This document shows positions 1-12,470 of a stretch of 39,510 bases of DNA, one piece after another. The notes beneath the pieces are model-generated. The model was not told the origin of the DNA and searched no databases. It saw nothing but the letters and a program-made list of their open reading frames with translations. The translations under genes and the position numbers were made by a program. How positions within the stretch are numbered: position 1 is the stretch's first letter; every line of letters begins with the position of its first letter. Origin of the DNA: Hydrurus foetidus (lineage: Eukaryota); the NCBI GenBank assembly GCA_900617105.1, contig UYFQ01000488.1, forward strand, positions 1 through 39,510. Reading direction: 5' to 3'.

Positions 1-184
1 AGGGAAGTCTAAAGGCTAAAAGAAGCTGGTTAGTTAGGGATGCAAACAGAAGGTACGCTAGTAACTTCTGCAAAGCAGCACAAACTAGCTAGTGACTGAT
101 AGTCGTGGCTGTGAACACGAAGGTACTAAGGTGGAAACAGCATCTAATCGGCTGAATGGGGTAGCAGACCCTGAGGGAGCCACA
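1..184 (-). repeat. Gypsy-1 3' LTR (partial)
   Basis: Begins TGTGG on the minus strand at 184; direct repeat of 8106-8289. Confidence 0.95.
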
Positions 185-240
185 CTACCCCTACTTATCT
201 CTCGTTTTCTCATTTCTCTCTCCCTCTCCCTCTCTCTCTA
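185..240 (-). promoter_or_regulatory. Polypurine tract of Gypsy-1
   Basis: Minus strand reads ...GAGAGGGAGAGGGAGAGAG...AAGTAGGGGTAG directly before the TG of the 3' LTR. Confidence 0.85.
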
Positions 241-431
241 TTGGTGAGTCTCTAGCTACAATGTGTAACAAAACAAATACGACTCAAGCTTGAGAAAAAA
301 ATGAAGCAATATAATGAAGAATACAGAAATAAATACGTACGATAAATACAGAAAATTGTACATGTGAGAGATGGAGAGAGTGAGAAAGGAGAGTGCCTAG
401 ATGTGTTGTATCTAAGTGTTCCCCTACACAT

Positions 432-510
432 TTATGTCAGATTTTTACTGACTAAACCTCCTGAAAAGCAACGTAACGTTGTAAAAATGAGGAGGAATCT
501 TCAAAAGATA
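432..510 (-). other. Conserved structured 3'-UTR element of Gypsy-1
   Basis: 496-510 and 432-456 (reverse complement) are identical to 39186-39200 and 39239-39263. Hairpins ATCTT/AAGAT, CCTCCT/AGGAGG with CAACG/CGTTG, and GTCAG/CTGAC. Confidence 0.75.
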
Positions 511-534
511 ATGTGTAGGTCGTTCCTGGGGAAC

Positions 535-3500
535 TTACTTTTCTGTCGGAATTATTTTCGACATGCCGTGAAGGCGTAAATATGTGTGAAGAGCGTCTGT
601 AAGACGAAGATTCTTCCACGACTCCCACGTATTGTGTGAGTCATCAAAGTCAGTCCATTTGACTAAAAACCGCATTTGGGTTTTTCGTCTGGAATTGCCT
701 TGGTGCTGAAGAATGGAATCAATAAAGAATTCCATATAATCGCGGCGTGCTACATCAGCAGGATCCGTATGTTTCGGATTGAAAACAAATTGTTTAAGAT
801 TACTAATATGAAGATGTTTATGTTTCTTCGTAGTTATATCTAACAACGTATAATCAGAGTTGTGGATCGACACCACTTGAAACGGTCCCCGCCACAACGT
901 GTGTAAGCGTGTGGGCGGTTGTGTGGTGTATCTAGCCAACACATATGAACCTACAGGAAAAACTGTTATATCCTGTGGACTTGTGGCAATATGAGCCGCG
1001 TCCATTGTGCGCAAAGCAGTTTGTGCTTGGGCAATCAGGGTGTCTTGGATGTTATACATCTCACAGATCACTTTCGATGCGGAAGTTTCAATTTCCGGTA
1101 ATTGTGGAAATGGTGAAAGTATTCCAGAATCAAGATTGATTTGGTTACCAAACAATAAACTTGCTGGGGAGGCATTTGTACTGCTGTGAATTGAGGAATT
1201 CAAAATGCGCTGTATAAACGGTACATGTCGTTTGTATCATACAGGAACGAACGTAAGTACCGGTTAATTTCTTTATTAACTCGTTCAACTATAGCATTCT
1301 CTTGTTTAGAGTATGCTAGTGTCAGGTTGTGGGGTGTACCCGTTGACACTAGGAATTGTTTGATCAATTCATTAGCAAAATGTGAACCCCGATCAGATCT
1401 GATCATTTGGGGTGCACCGTATCTTCCAAAGTGTTGAAGAAGGCAATCGGTAGCCGATTTGGCCGTATTATCAGCACACCAAAATAGTTCTGTCCATCGT
1501 GTGAAAGCACAGATGATGACAAGAACGTGTGAGGAATCGGGGAAGGGTCCGATGAAATCGATGTTTAATACATGGAAAGGTTTGTAAGCCGAAGTAACGT
1601 ACTTGTGTACACGTATCGGTACGCGTGTAGCGTTCATCTTCTGGCAGCACGCACATTGTTGTATAAACAAGTGGGTATGCTGAACCATGTGTTCCCACTC
1701 AATGGGTAAGCTTAAAAGCTTTTCTACGGTGCGTTTAACGCCCCCGTGTCCGACAAACTTGTTGTGGCACATGTTGAGTGCGTCGCGCTGCGTATCAGTC
1801 ATCTCTGGTATGACCTTGAGGGCGCCGCAAAACGGGCCCGGCAAGTTATCTGGTTCTGTGCCAGTGGTGTCTGGTTGAACCTTGATGACAAGGTCGGAGA
1901 GATTAGCACAGAGGCGGGACATAGCGTCCGCTACCGTGTTCTCAGACCCTCGCACGTATGCGATAGTGTAATCCAGCTCTTGTAGAGCCATGGACCATCT
2001 CCCTACCATCGAGTTAGGGGATGATTTCATGTATGTCAGATTTCTATGATCTGTATGAATCGTAAATTTGCGATCACGTAATAGTGGATCAAGTTTGGTA
2101 CAACACAAGAAGATAGCATAAGCTTCTTTCTGGATTGTTGACCAGTTCAACTGTGAGAAGGTGAGTGACTTACTCACAAATGAAATGGGTTTCATTTCAT
2201 CTCCAACCTTTTGGAACAATACACCGCCTACACCATAATCAGATGCGTCGGTGTATAAATGTATTGGTGATACATTATCAATGAAGTGCATCAGGGGGCA
2301 TTGAGAGATTGCCTGCCTAATGTCTTGAAACGCTTTAATGGTTTCAGCATTCCAGGTTACCCTGGAATGTTTATGAGTTGTAGACACCGTCATTTTATGT
2401 AACGGTGCTACTATGTTGGAGTGGTTTGGTACGAAACCTCTAAAATAGTTCGCCAAACCGAGAAATCCCCTAAGGGCAGTGACGGTTTTAGGGCGAGGAA
2501 AATCTAAAACAGATTTTATTTTCTCAGCCGACATAGATAACCCCTCTTTGGAGATCACACGTCCGACGTATTCGAGGCGTGTAACTCCGAACTTACATTT
2601 CTTAGCTTTCAAGAATAAATTCTTTTCTCGAAAACGGATGAAGACATCACGAAGTCTCTGCAGAAACTCGTCAGGTCCATTACCAAATACAATGCAATCA
2701 TCGAGATACATCTCACATGTTACATATAAAAGGCCCGCAAGGACAACCGTGGCCATCATCTCCTGGAAGTATGATGGGGCACGTTTGAGGCCGAAAGGCA
2801 ATCGAGTGAATTGATAAATTCCTGAGAAGCATATGAATGCAGTCAGGATTTTGGCTGATGCCGTAAGGGGTGCTTGATGGTAGCCGGACGTTAAGTCCAT
2901 AACTCCAAAGATGTCAGGTTGACGAGCGCCAATGCGTTCAAACATTGCTGGAATGTTGGGAGTGGCCAACTGGCCGACTCCGTACAGTTATTAAGTGGCC
3001 GGAAGTCAATACATACACGGTATTGTCCGGGTGACTTCTGTACTACTACAGGGTGACTGTAGTATACCGCATTAGACTTCTCAACCACCCCGATCCGTAT
3101 CAGATCCTGAAGGTTATTGTGAATCGCCTCCTCCTTCTGTGAGGATTGGGGGCGGAGCGGGGTCCTGTTACCAGGTACTTCCCATTGTGCCGCCTTATGA
3201 TCAATATCAAAAGGAGGTATACGGGCCGGTTCACGGGCCACCTCATCTTGAAAGATGTCAATAAATTCGGTACATAATGCTCTGCATGCTGTTTGCAGAG
3301 CTTCCGACCCACCAAAGGTGATTGTCGAGATGACATCGTTCGCCCTACCTGTTGGGGTAGGGTCTTTCATCAATGCAGAAAGAAACGGACCGAACGCATC
3401 CGTTTTGTCATCATCAATCTCATCTCCATTGAGATTGATTCCGCACGGCAACACGCTCGCGGCGTTAAGTGTTACTGTGTTCACTCTCGTCCCGGTCTCA

Positions 3501-4588
3501 GAAGGGGGGCGGTTAAGACCACTGCCCGTCCATAGCGCAGATGGACCCCACTCTTCTCCCACTGTTGGAATACGGTGGGTGCTCGAGTGACCTTCGTCTC
3601 CATTGTCAGCAGTGTCGGTAATTAGGCGACACTGTGTACAAGGACTACGCGATCCGACAGCGTCACTATGATGACAACAGACGTCGGTATGTGAATCTGT
3701 ACCGATGTCGGACTCTGCCCTTAAGGGAAGTAGACCGATGTCATCCGGGCTATGTGACGTTTCGATTAACGTAGGGTCAAAGCCCATACGTGTCGGTGTC
3801 AGCACAAACAAGTTGTGTTGATTCAGGGACTTGCGTCCGATGATCAGATCCAGTTGTGCAAAAGGATTAACACTAAAAGTGATATAGATAGTGTGCTTAA
3901 TATTACTATCATCGAGAAAAGTAAGGCCTAAATCGACTAAGGTATTACACCTATAACAAGTGCCATCGAGACCGCTACAAACGTTAAGTGCGGTTGAAGA
4001 CACATAACAATGAGCAAGTGCATCGAGTGAGACAAGCAGTGATTTGGAAACAAAATCGCCGGCCATGCTACCCGTGTCTAAGAGCGCGTGCGCTGTAAGA
4101 CTAAGTCCCGTGGACTGGGGTGCTGACGCGACTGTGGTGGGGGCGTGTCCCTGCAAGGTTCTTCGTTCATCCTTGAACACCAATAATGAGAGAAGTTCAT
4201 TAGGATTTGTTGAATGTACCGCTGCTACAATCGAGTCAGACGGTAACGTACCTATGAGCGGTATTTCCGACATGTCGGTCTGGTTATGGCACGCCGCCAG
4301 CACCTCCGAGATTAGCGGCAGGGAGGTATGGGGTGGCTGTAACACGTGAAGACATGTGGGGAGAACATCGTTAGTGTTATCCGATATAGCATTGGAAGGG
4401 GTAGAGACCTCCAATGCATCAGTTATGAGTATATCAGAGTTGAGTATACATCGTGATGGTGGTGTATCGGTAGGGCTACATGTGTTAGCAGCATGTATCG
4501 TCACTACCAATGCATTCACCACCGTGGTATGAGTTAACGTGGCCGTATCGCGGTTTGTTGGTGGCGCTCCAGTTAAAGTTCCCCCCAT
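535..4588 (-). pseudogene. pol: Gypsy-1 pol: aspartic protease, RT, RNase H, integrase, chromodomain; two frame breaks
   Basis: Motifs: ALLDTGS; CIDFRPLN, DLTSGYHQ, LPFGL, YLDD; TDASDYG, TDH, ADAMSR; H..GH..CACC; IDF, RSDRGSHF, NAIVER; WRGPF; FLVKWTDFDDSHNTWE. There is a 1-nt loss near 2958 and an ~19-nt loss near 1225 relative to Gypsy-2. Confidence 0.95.
4172..4519 (-). other. Candidate intron at the gag/protease junction of Gypsy-1
   Basis: Phase-1 donor G|GTGAAT; CTAAT with its A 28 nt before the acceptor G; acceptor AAG|GA TGA (AAG is a weak acceptor). Geometry matches 35181-35341. Confidence 0.45.
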
Positions 4589-4601
4589 GATTGGGGTTCC
4601 C

Positions 4602-7531
4602 TTAGTACTTTTTCTTATGACCCCCTCCTGGGGTATAAGCTTTATTCAGTACCTCGTCAGTGAAGTTTGTTTCACGACGTGGTATCTGAATTTTGAAGCG
4701 GCCCAGACCAGGGATGCGGTCGTGGAGAGGATAGGTCGCGTGACCGTACTGTGCCCACGTGCGACCCATGTTGGAGTGGTCCCACGGGACATTGTGGTTG
4801 GTGTTCGAGTCCACCATCCACATGTGTGGACAACTCTTAAGCATATGGTCCCTGTGTCCACACGAGTTACACTGAGGGAATGGTGTTGTTGGCAGTGCCA
4901 GTGGTGGTAATGCTGGCAGAGCCGCACCAACCAACATGGTTTTGGGGTTAGTCGTGAGAGATAACCCATACGGATTTTGTCTCGCGGGGTGACAGTAAAT
5001 GTCGTTGGGGTCCCCGAAAGCCGCTACGTGTAGCTGTAGCTGTCGTACCGCATTGACTTGGGAGAAGAAGCGACGCATCGCAAATTCCCAATCGTCCACG
5101 CCATGCGGGTTGATGCGCTTATGTTCTTTGTATTAGCGGTGATGGCACCGTTAAGAGGCATCTTTTTCTCCAAAATAAGAGTGAGTGCGGCATGGTCGGA
5201 AGTGCTGAGTGTGCCATGTACTTGGACATGATTCTCAATCACCTCACGAAACTGCGTCATGCAGCGCATCTCAATCTCCCTTTTGTTGTAACAGAAGGCG
5301 AGGTGCACTTCGGAGAAATGCTCAGCCAGTGACTGCCCTAGTTGCGTGTCAGCGCGAAAGTATCGCAGGACTAAGTGCGCTACTTGAGGGACCGTCAAAG
5401 CCTGGAGCCACACTTTACGTGTCTCCTCGGAGTATGGATAATCCTGATCCGTATGGATCTGATCATCAACGCATCTGACTGCTTTAGTCGAGATGATTTG
5501 ACCAACATCATAGTTGTTGGTCCAGCGCTGGGAGTGCTCATAAAACTCCCGCGCTGCATCCTGTCCGATAATGCTGAATCCATTCACGTTGAGAACGTAT
5601 AGTACCGTCTGAAGTGCAATAGCGAATATACGTCGGGAACCATCATCCACAGCCCGGCCATCCACTACAAGCGCTGTAGGGATCGCGCTGGGTGTGGCCA
5701 CCTGTACCGTGGGTACGTTAATCGGTGACGCACGATCATGTATGTACCGTGATATCGGCGGTCGTACTGAGTGCGCTGCATTGGGGTCAGGATCGCCCCC
5801 GGCAGCTTGCGCACGGAACGCTGCTATTTGCAGCTCGTAATCGATGATGCAATCCGTTGCGGGTAGCACCACGATGTCTGGAGGATCCAGGGGAAGTGGG
5901 GTAGGAACCCGAATTTCCCGTGGGATTTCCTGGATGACTCGTTGGGGTTGGGGGTTATAATCGGTGTCACCAGTAAACGTACGTACGTACGTAGGACGTT
6001 CCGGTGACCCTGGTGGGGAGGCTTATCGCTTGCGTGACGTTGGACCCTCTTGAGGAGGTGACGCGCGTTTGCGAGGAGCATCGGCTGTGCGGGTTACTGT
6101 CCCCACATCTTCGGGGATGCGCGTATCGCGACTCTCGAGCAATCTAGAGTTGTCGGTAACGCGTATGGTCGCACGTGGAGTCGTACGACTCTCAGTCGCA
6201 CGTTCGTCCTCATATTGGTTTTCGTTGTACTGAAGACTGTCGGTATTACGATTGCCCCTGTTCGAGATATCTTGTTGGTGACGATCGTCCCCTTGATGAT
6301 ATTCCCTTGGGGGACTGTCATCGTAACCGTGTGGGGGTTCTCGACGACTTCTCCTGTTGGAGTTGTTATCTCCCTGACGGAAGTTGTCGTTGTTGTCGTC
6401 GCAAAAATTATCGAAATTGCGAGTATTTGTCGAATAGTTCCCCCTGTTGGGGTTGTCATTACCACGAGAATCTTCGTAATTATGATCATGCCTTTGGGGG
6501 TTATGGTTGGGACGTTGGAAGGTGTCTCTGCGATTATCCCTGTTAGGGTTGTCGTCGTGTTGACGATTGCCGTTATCGCGACGCCCGTCATTCTGACGTG
6601 GATTGTCGTCGTTGCGACGATTATCGCTGTTGCGTCGATCGTCGTATTGACGTCTGTTATCGTCATTGAATTGGGTGCTGTACCCACGACGTCCCTCGTT
6701 GTCGTAATCATGACTGTCGTCATTCTGACGTTAATTGTCGTTATAACGACGATTATCGCTCTGACTTTGATTGTCGTTGCGGCGATCATCGTTATACTGA
6801 CGTCCATCGTTATCGTGACGATTGTCGTTACGGTGCTCCGTCCCGTATGAAGGGCCCGTATTACGGTTGTCCCTGGGAGGGTTGGAGTCATCGTAGTTAC
6901 GACGATTATCGTTGCGACTTTGATTGTCATCATTAAAACGTTGATAATCGTTGTTGTTTCGATTATCGTCGTTGTATTGACGCTGGTTATAATCGTTGCG
7001 TTGACGGTTATCGTAACGATTATCGTCACCACCGTCGTCGCTACCACTCTGTTGATTTGGCGTGGGCGGATAATCGCCTGCGTCGTCTCCTTCTAAAGGA
7101 TTCCCTCGACGATTTCTATTATCATAACTGTCTAGGCCCTTACGACGGAGGAATCGTTGTGGGGGTGAATCTATACGGTGACGAGGATACGTGTCGCCGT
7201 CGTCATCATCCCGTTCAGCGTCACTATCAGGGCGCGTCTGTTGACGATTCGCGTTGGCGTCTGACGAACGCAACGTGACATTATTTTGTTGTCGCGTTGT
7301 GTGAACGTCGTCGTCGTTGTGACGATTAGCCGGCGCCTGATTGGAACTGTTGGTAGGTCCCAGTATTGTTACTGGGAACACCGGTCTGTCAGTTTTATCA
7401 GACGCAGCTATTGTTGCTGGCGCTGTTGGCGTCGACTGATTTGTCCTAACCGTCGTCGCTGCCGGTACTGATTGACCAGTGAGTTCGGCTAGCGACGGCG
7501 AGATCTCCGAAGAGTCTTCTGATAAAGGCAT
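4602..7531 (-). pseudogene. gag: Gypsy-1 gag with a long disordered N-terminal extension and a CCHC knuckle
   Basis: One frame runs from ATG 7531 to about 5132 apart from TAA at 6731 and 6023, then a 1-nt frameshift. LEKKMP...WEFAMRR aligns with Gypsy-2 LEKRLP...WEVAMLR. Knuckle CNSCGHRDHMLKSC. Confidence 0.85.
6240..7050 (-). repeat. Coding low-complexity repeat (Asn/Asp/Arg-rich, DNRR/YDD units) in gag
   Basis: Degenerate gac/aat/cgt repeats; these also produce the T/I-rich and V/I-rich shadow ORFs. Confidence 0.85.
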
Positions 7532-8071
7532 CTTTAAATGACTTATGGCGTAATAATTTTAAGTAGCGAGGATCGCCAATTTTTTTTGCCAGGGCTTCGC
7601 CTTGTGCCGTTTGGATGATAAATCAAACAGGCAGTTAGGCGAAGAGAATAAGTCAAAAAAGTTGTGGACGGATGATCGAGTCAATCCGTACACAATGAGC
7701 CGGGATTGGGAGACTTGCTCGACCAACCACGATAACGGCGTGGAAGACAAAGCTATCCACGGACGTCAATCAAGCCAAGCTTGAAGCGAGATATGGGCAG
7801 AAGTTAACTGGGTTAACTCTGCACAATGGTATGGGATTGCCGAGATGAAACTCGAGCAACCACAAGACAGTCAAGTATCGGGAGATAAATCTCAATCCGC
7901 GTGACTAGGTTTACGGCAACCAGACTTCGGAGACTTGCTCGCGACAGTAAGAATTGCCCGTAAACGAGAATTCTCCACGCAGGGTAATAGGGAGAGTTAG
8001 GGCAGCAGGGTAGCGTAGAAGAGGGTAGCTTAGAGTAGGGGAATAGGGTCTAAAGAAGAGAAACTAAAGGA

Positions 8072-8083
8072 AGTAGATCTACT
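8072..8083. promoter_or_regulatory. 12-bp palindrome at the PBS position of Gypsy-1
   Basis: AGTAGATCTACT overlaps the last base of the inferred 5' LTR; no TGG-type tRNA PBS is present there. Confidence 0.7.
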
Positions 8084-8289
8084 GTGACCTTGGAGGGCAA
8101 AGAAAAGGGAAGTCTAAAGGCTAAAAGAAGCTTGTTAGTTAGGGATGCAAACAGAAGGTACGCTAGTAACTTCTGCAAAGCAGCACAAACTAGCTAGTGA
8201 CTGATAGTCGTGGCTGTGAACACGAAGGTACTAAGGTGGAAACAGCATCTAATCGGCTGAATGGGGTAGCAGACCCTGAGGGAGCCACA
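8083..8289 (-). repeat. Gypsy-1 5' LTR (~207 bp, TGTG...CACA)
   Basis: The 8289 end is fixed by the repeat. The 8083 end is inferred from the TGTG/CACA inverted termini and similarity to the Gypsy-2 LTR end. Confidence 0.8.
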
Positions 8290-11200
8290 GCACCACGATG
8301 GGGTTATGTTGCCAAGCGAACTCAGGGCAAGGAGAAAGCAGCTGACCCAGCCAAACCAACATCAAGCAGCATGACTAGCTCATCAAGAAGCGTCATCACG
8401 ACCTCGCAGTCATCAGCCAGTTTTGGCAGCGGATCAGCGGCATCACGAAAGAGCACCCCTGCTACATCGACTCCTCAACGCCTCCAAAGCGGATCCTCTG
8501 CATCCCACGGTATACACAGCGCATCAGCGGCACTACCCAGTGTACACAGCGCATCAGCGGCATCACCGGGCTCTCGCAGCGGATCAGCGGCTCCATATAA
8601 GAACTCTCGATCATCTCCAGCAATTCCACCTGTCATCAGCGGATTAGCGGCACACTCAAGTGCTCGCAGCGTATCAGCGGCACCAATTCGAGACAACAGC
8701 GCATCAGCAGCACCATTGCCGGTTACCAGTGCCCTAGAGGCATCACCAGGATCCCCCACACCAGCTCTTCAACATCAACCACGTTCAGGCAAACCATTTG
8801 TAGTCGACCTCACGGCCCCAACGCCACCACGGCGGGTACTACAGAAACTTCGCAAAGGCCCCAAGGCCAAAGTGAACCTTCTGCACGCTGGAGGGCCGGC
8901 ACATCGAGTCCTGGGTATGGCCTCAAAAGAAAATAAAGTTATCATCGACAGTGGAGCTTCCGAGTCAGGAACTGGTCTCAGAAACAAGTTGAAGAACCTA
9001 CGGCCTGCATCATGCAAGGTGAATGCAGCTTTCGGGGAGACTATCACACCATCAGAGATGGGTGATCTGCCACCATACATGCTTCCGACCATCGTCATCG
9101 AAGGAATGAAGGACACGACCCTACTGTCAGTATCACAGGCATGTGCCGAGAACATGTGCGGTATCTTCACGTCACGCGACTGCAGATTCTATGGCCTCAA
9201 AGAGATACAACCTCACCTGGCACAGATCAGCAAGACCTGCGAGATGAAGTTGCGGGGAGAAGTAGAGGACGGACTCTACATCCAGAAGTCAATCTGACTT
9301 CGTGACGAGGAACACTTGTTGGTCACAAGCGTTAAAGACACCTCACTATACGACCACGTCCACCGTGTCCTAGCGCATCCTGGTAAAGAAGGGATGGAAT
9401 GGCACCGGACACACTCCACTGGGGCAGCATACACCCGCCACGATGCGAAGGCACACCGTCCCGTGTGTCAAACATGCGTCCAGGGCACAATGCGACAAGC
9501 ATCCACGGACCACCTAAGGGTCCATAGAGCACCAGCACCCATACCGGGGAGCCAGTTTGCTCTGGATGCATACACCCAGAAAGAGGCGCAGGCCGGTTCA
9601 AATACTGCGACCTCTTCACGGATCTCACCACACGGTGTGTGTATCCGGTGTTTACCCGTGACCGGGGAGCCCAAGAGCTATGCGACCAAGTCAGCCTGCT
9701 CTTCGAGTCTCACCCAGAATGGAAGAAATCACCTGCTACATCAGACCCAATCGATCGGTTCGTTAGGGTCGATGCAGAAAAGTCATATAGATCCAGTGAG
9801 TTCACCAAGGGCCTCGGAGGCTTTAGATACTGCACTGAGCCCACACCACCTCGTGACAAGCATGCCAATGGAGTAGCGAAGCGCACAGTAGGAGTCATTG
9901 CAGCCAAGTGCAACACGATTATGCTAGCCCCTACACCACCAGTTCCACCGAAGTTCTGGGACATTGCCATGAGCTATGTGTGTGCCACTATGTCGTTTAA
10001 TTGCAATAGTGTGATAGGTACTTCCCCGTACAATATGCTAACTAAAAAGCATGTTGTCGTCAAACATCTCCACGCTTTCTGGTCCAAGTGCTGGGTTCAC
10101 ATACCAACCAAGGACGCAGGCGGTAAAGTCGGTCACCCCCGAGCATACCAAGCCAGGTTCATTGAATATGACACGACGACCACACTCGAGCCTACATACA
10201 AAGTCATCGAGATATTAGACAAGGGAAAATATGGCGCAGTGAGGATCAGCAAAGACGTCATTTTCGACTTGCCTGAAGAGATAGTGCAACAAATGGAAGC
10301 AACAACAGCATTAGGGCCACCCCAGATACACGAGGCAGCTCAAACGCCTGTCCCAGCACCAAAAGCGGCACACAATCAGACGCCTGCAAATGCACCAGTC
10401 ACAATGCATGCACCAAGTAAGGCGATACAACCAAACCAGGTCGACCCCAACCACAGCATGCGACGACGAAGTGGTACGAATGCAGTCACAACTCCAGCTG
10501 GTCCCCACCCAGTGGCGCATAGCGGTGCCCTCACCACCAATACGCCCTGCAAACACCGTCGACTCGATTGGTGCAAACACACCAATAGTATCATGGGAAA
10601 CAGAGGATGCCGTATATTGGTACGCAATCCAGGCCACACATCCGGAGCAACTGATGACCGTAGTTGAGACGTCTCACCATGATCAGATAAAGACACTCCC
10701 AGATGCCGGCGTTCCCAAATCGTTCTGGAAAGCGATGAAGGACCCACCATGGGCAAAAGCCATGGACACTGAGCTGACTAAATTTGAAGTCAACTCTTGC
10801 TTCAACATCGTCCCTTTTGCTGGACAGCACTTAGTTCCAATGATGTGGCTGTTCAGTGTCAAGAACGATGGGACGAAGAAGGCTCGACTGGTCGGCAGAG
10901 GGGACAAGATGATTCCCAACGTTGACTTCGACCCCGAAGCTGTGTATTGTGGAAATGTAGCAGCTTGCTCGATCAAGCTGGCTATGGTCATAGCGGCAAC
11001 GTACAAGCTCGTAATGAGAGGCGGTGACCTTGTAGGTGCATACCTCATCACAAGAGCAAACAAAGACTTCCAGTGTTCATCATCACACCTCAAGGGTACG
11101 ACGTACCACCCGGTTTCTGCATACAAGCAGTAGAAAACCTGTATGGATTCCGTCCAGCCGGACAGAACTTCTCCATCGAGTTCGACAAATGCCTTAGGGA

Positions 11201-12314
11201 GTGTGGATACAAGAACACACCATGGGACCTCAAACTGTTCTTCAAGTGGAGGCACTCGGGCAAACCAATGATTATCATCGCACACAGTGATGACTTCAGA
11301 TGGTTTGGTCCACGCGACCACATTCACGAATGGGATGCAGTTATCCAAGCATTCAACAAGCATGGATATCAAGTCACTGATGCAACTGACAAAGAGTTCG
11401 TCGGTATCCATATAGAAGTAGACGAACACTCCAACTACTACATGGATCAACACCGTATGATCGACCTTATCATCAAAGAGGCGAACATCACAGGTACAAA
11501 GGATGAGCACCTCCCATTTCCCACCGACGCGCAGCAGCCACCACTGTCCAAGATGGACTACCCCACCAATGACGTCGATAGGGCCACATGTCAAAAGTAC
11601 CCGTACAGGCGTGTCGTCGGACAACTCATGTACGGTATGGTGCACACAATGGTGGGTATTGTGCACGCACTCAACATACTTTCGAGATATGGTAACAACC
11701 CTGGTCCCAGACACATACTTTTCCTCAAGCACCTGTTGAGATATGTCAAGTATGCGAAGAGGAACCGTCTCATATTCTGGACCCATTCCGGACCAACCGA
11801 CGTAGACACCATGACCAAGGTACTACAGCTGAAGTTCCAGTGCGTTGCAGATCTAGGTGGTAACCAAGATAACCACCAATCCCAGACCTGCTACCTCGGA
11901 TGCCTCGCTGGAAGCCTCATTTGCTGGTGTTCCACCGATCAAGGGTCAGTATCCACGTCCACAGCGGAATCAGATATCAAGGCTGTCAACCATGCACTCA
12001 AGTCGGAAGTCATCCCAACTCGCGGTATATTAGAGATGATAAGGTGGAAACAGGATCCAACCATCATCGAAGAGGACAACCAGGCTTGCGTGTACTACTC
12101 AAAGACCAGTCACATGACCCAAAACCTGCGTCACCTATCACTCACCGAAGCGTATGCCAAGGAAAAGGTGCAAGACGGTACGTGCACTGTGATCAAAGTA
12201 GCCTCTGAAGACAATACCAAGAGGGTAACACTACCCATCTTCACTAAACTAACATCCCAGATTGTTGACAGCACGCTCAGAAATAACTTACAAATATCTT
12301 TTGTAAACTTTTGA
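8290..12314 (+). pseudogene. pol: Copia-1 polyprotein, decayed
   Basis: Motifs: IIDSGAS; HRVLAH..CQTC; FALDAY, RVDAE, NGVAKR (catalytic E to K); KARLVGRG, DLVGAYL, LYG, HSDD; STAES, EEDNQAC. TGA at 9295, frameshifts near 9585, about 10400-10600 and 11075, and the RNase H ADxxTK motif is incomplete. Confidence 0.92.
8420..8750 (+). repeat. Degenerate ~30-bp coding repeat (S[AG]SAA) in the Copia-1 gag-PR linker
   Basis: Recurrent agc g(c/g)a tca gcg gca at multiples of about 30 nt. Confidence 0.7.
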
Positions 12315-12470
12315 GTATTATTTAATATTTTACAATGCATTATGTAATTTTTAGTATTCTACTCGCACAGTAGTCTATAATTTTTTGCAATTTGTTATTT
12401 GTATTATATTATTGATAGCTCATTAGCAAACATGCACTCATGTACATACATACATCTTCACTACGGGGAG

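Larger units (their letters stand above)
1..8289 (-). mobile_element. Ty3/Gypsy chromovirus-type LTR retrotransposon (Gypsy-1); 3' LTR cut by the window start
   Basis: 1-184 repeats at 8106-8289 with one mismatch (pos 28). Minus-strand order is gag (CCHC)-PR-RT-RH-IN-chromodomain. A PPT adjoins the 3' LTR. Confidence 0.97.

Noticed and set aside
6094..7047. 317-aa T/I-rich and 211-aa V/I-rich ORFs as separate (membrane or env-like) genes
   Set aside because: They are alternative-frame and antisense shadows of the gac/aat/cgt repeat in gag.
8197..8289. Start of the 366-aa ORF
   Set aside because: The first 31 codons are antisense Gypsy-1 LTR fused by chance to the Copia-1 frame.
8083..8289. 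Tf1-type self-priming
   Set aside because: No sequence complementary to the post-LTR leader was found within the LTR.
9295..9300. Programmed readthrough at TGA-CTT between PR and IN
   Set aside because: The element has several other inactivating lesions, so a nonsense mutation is simpler.
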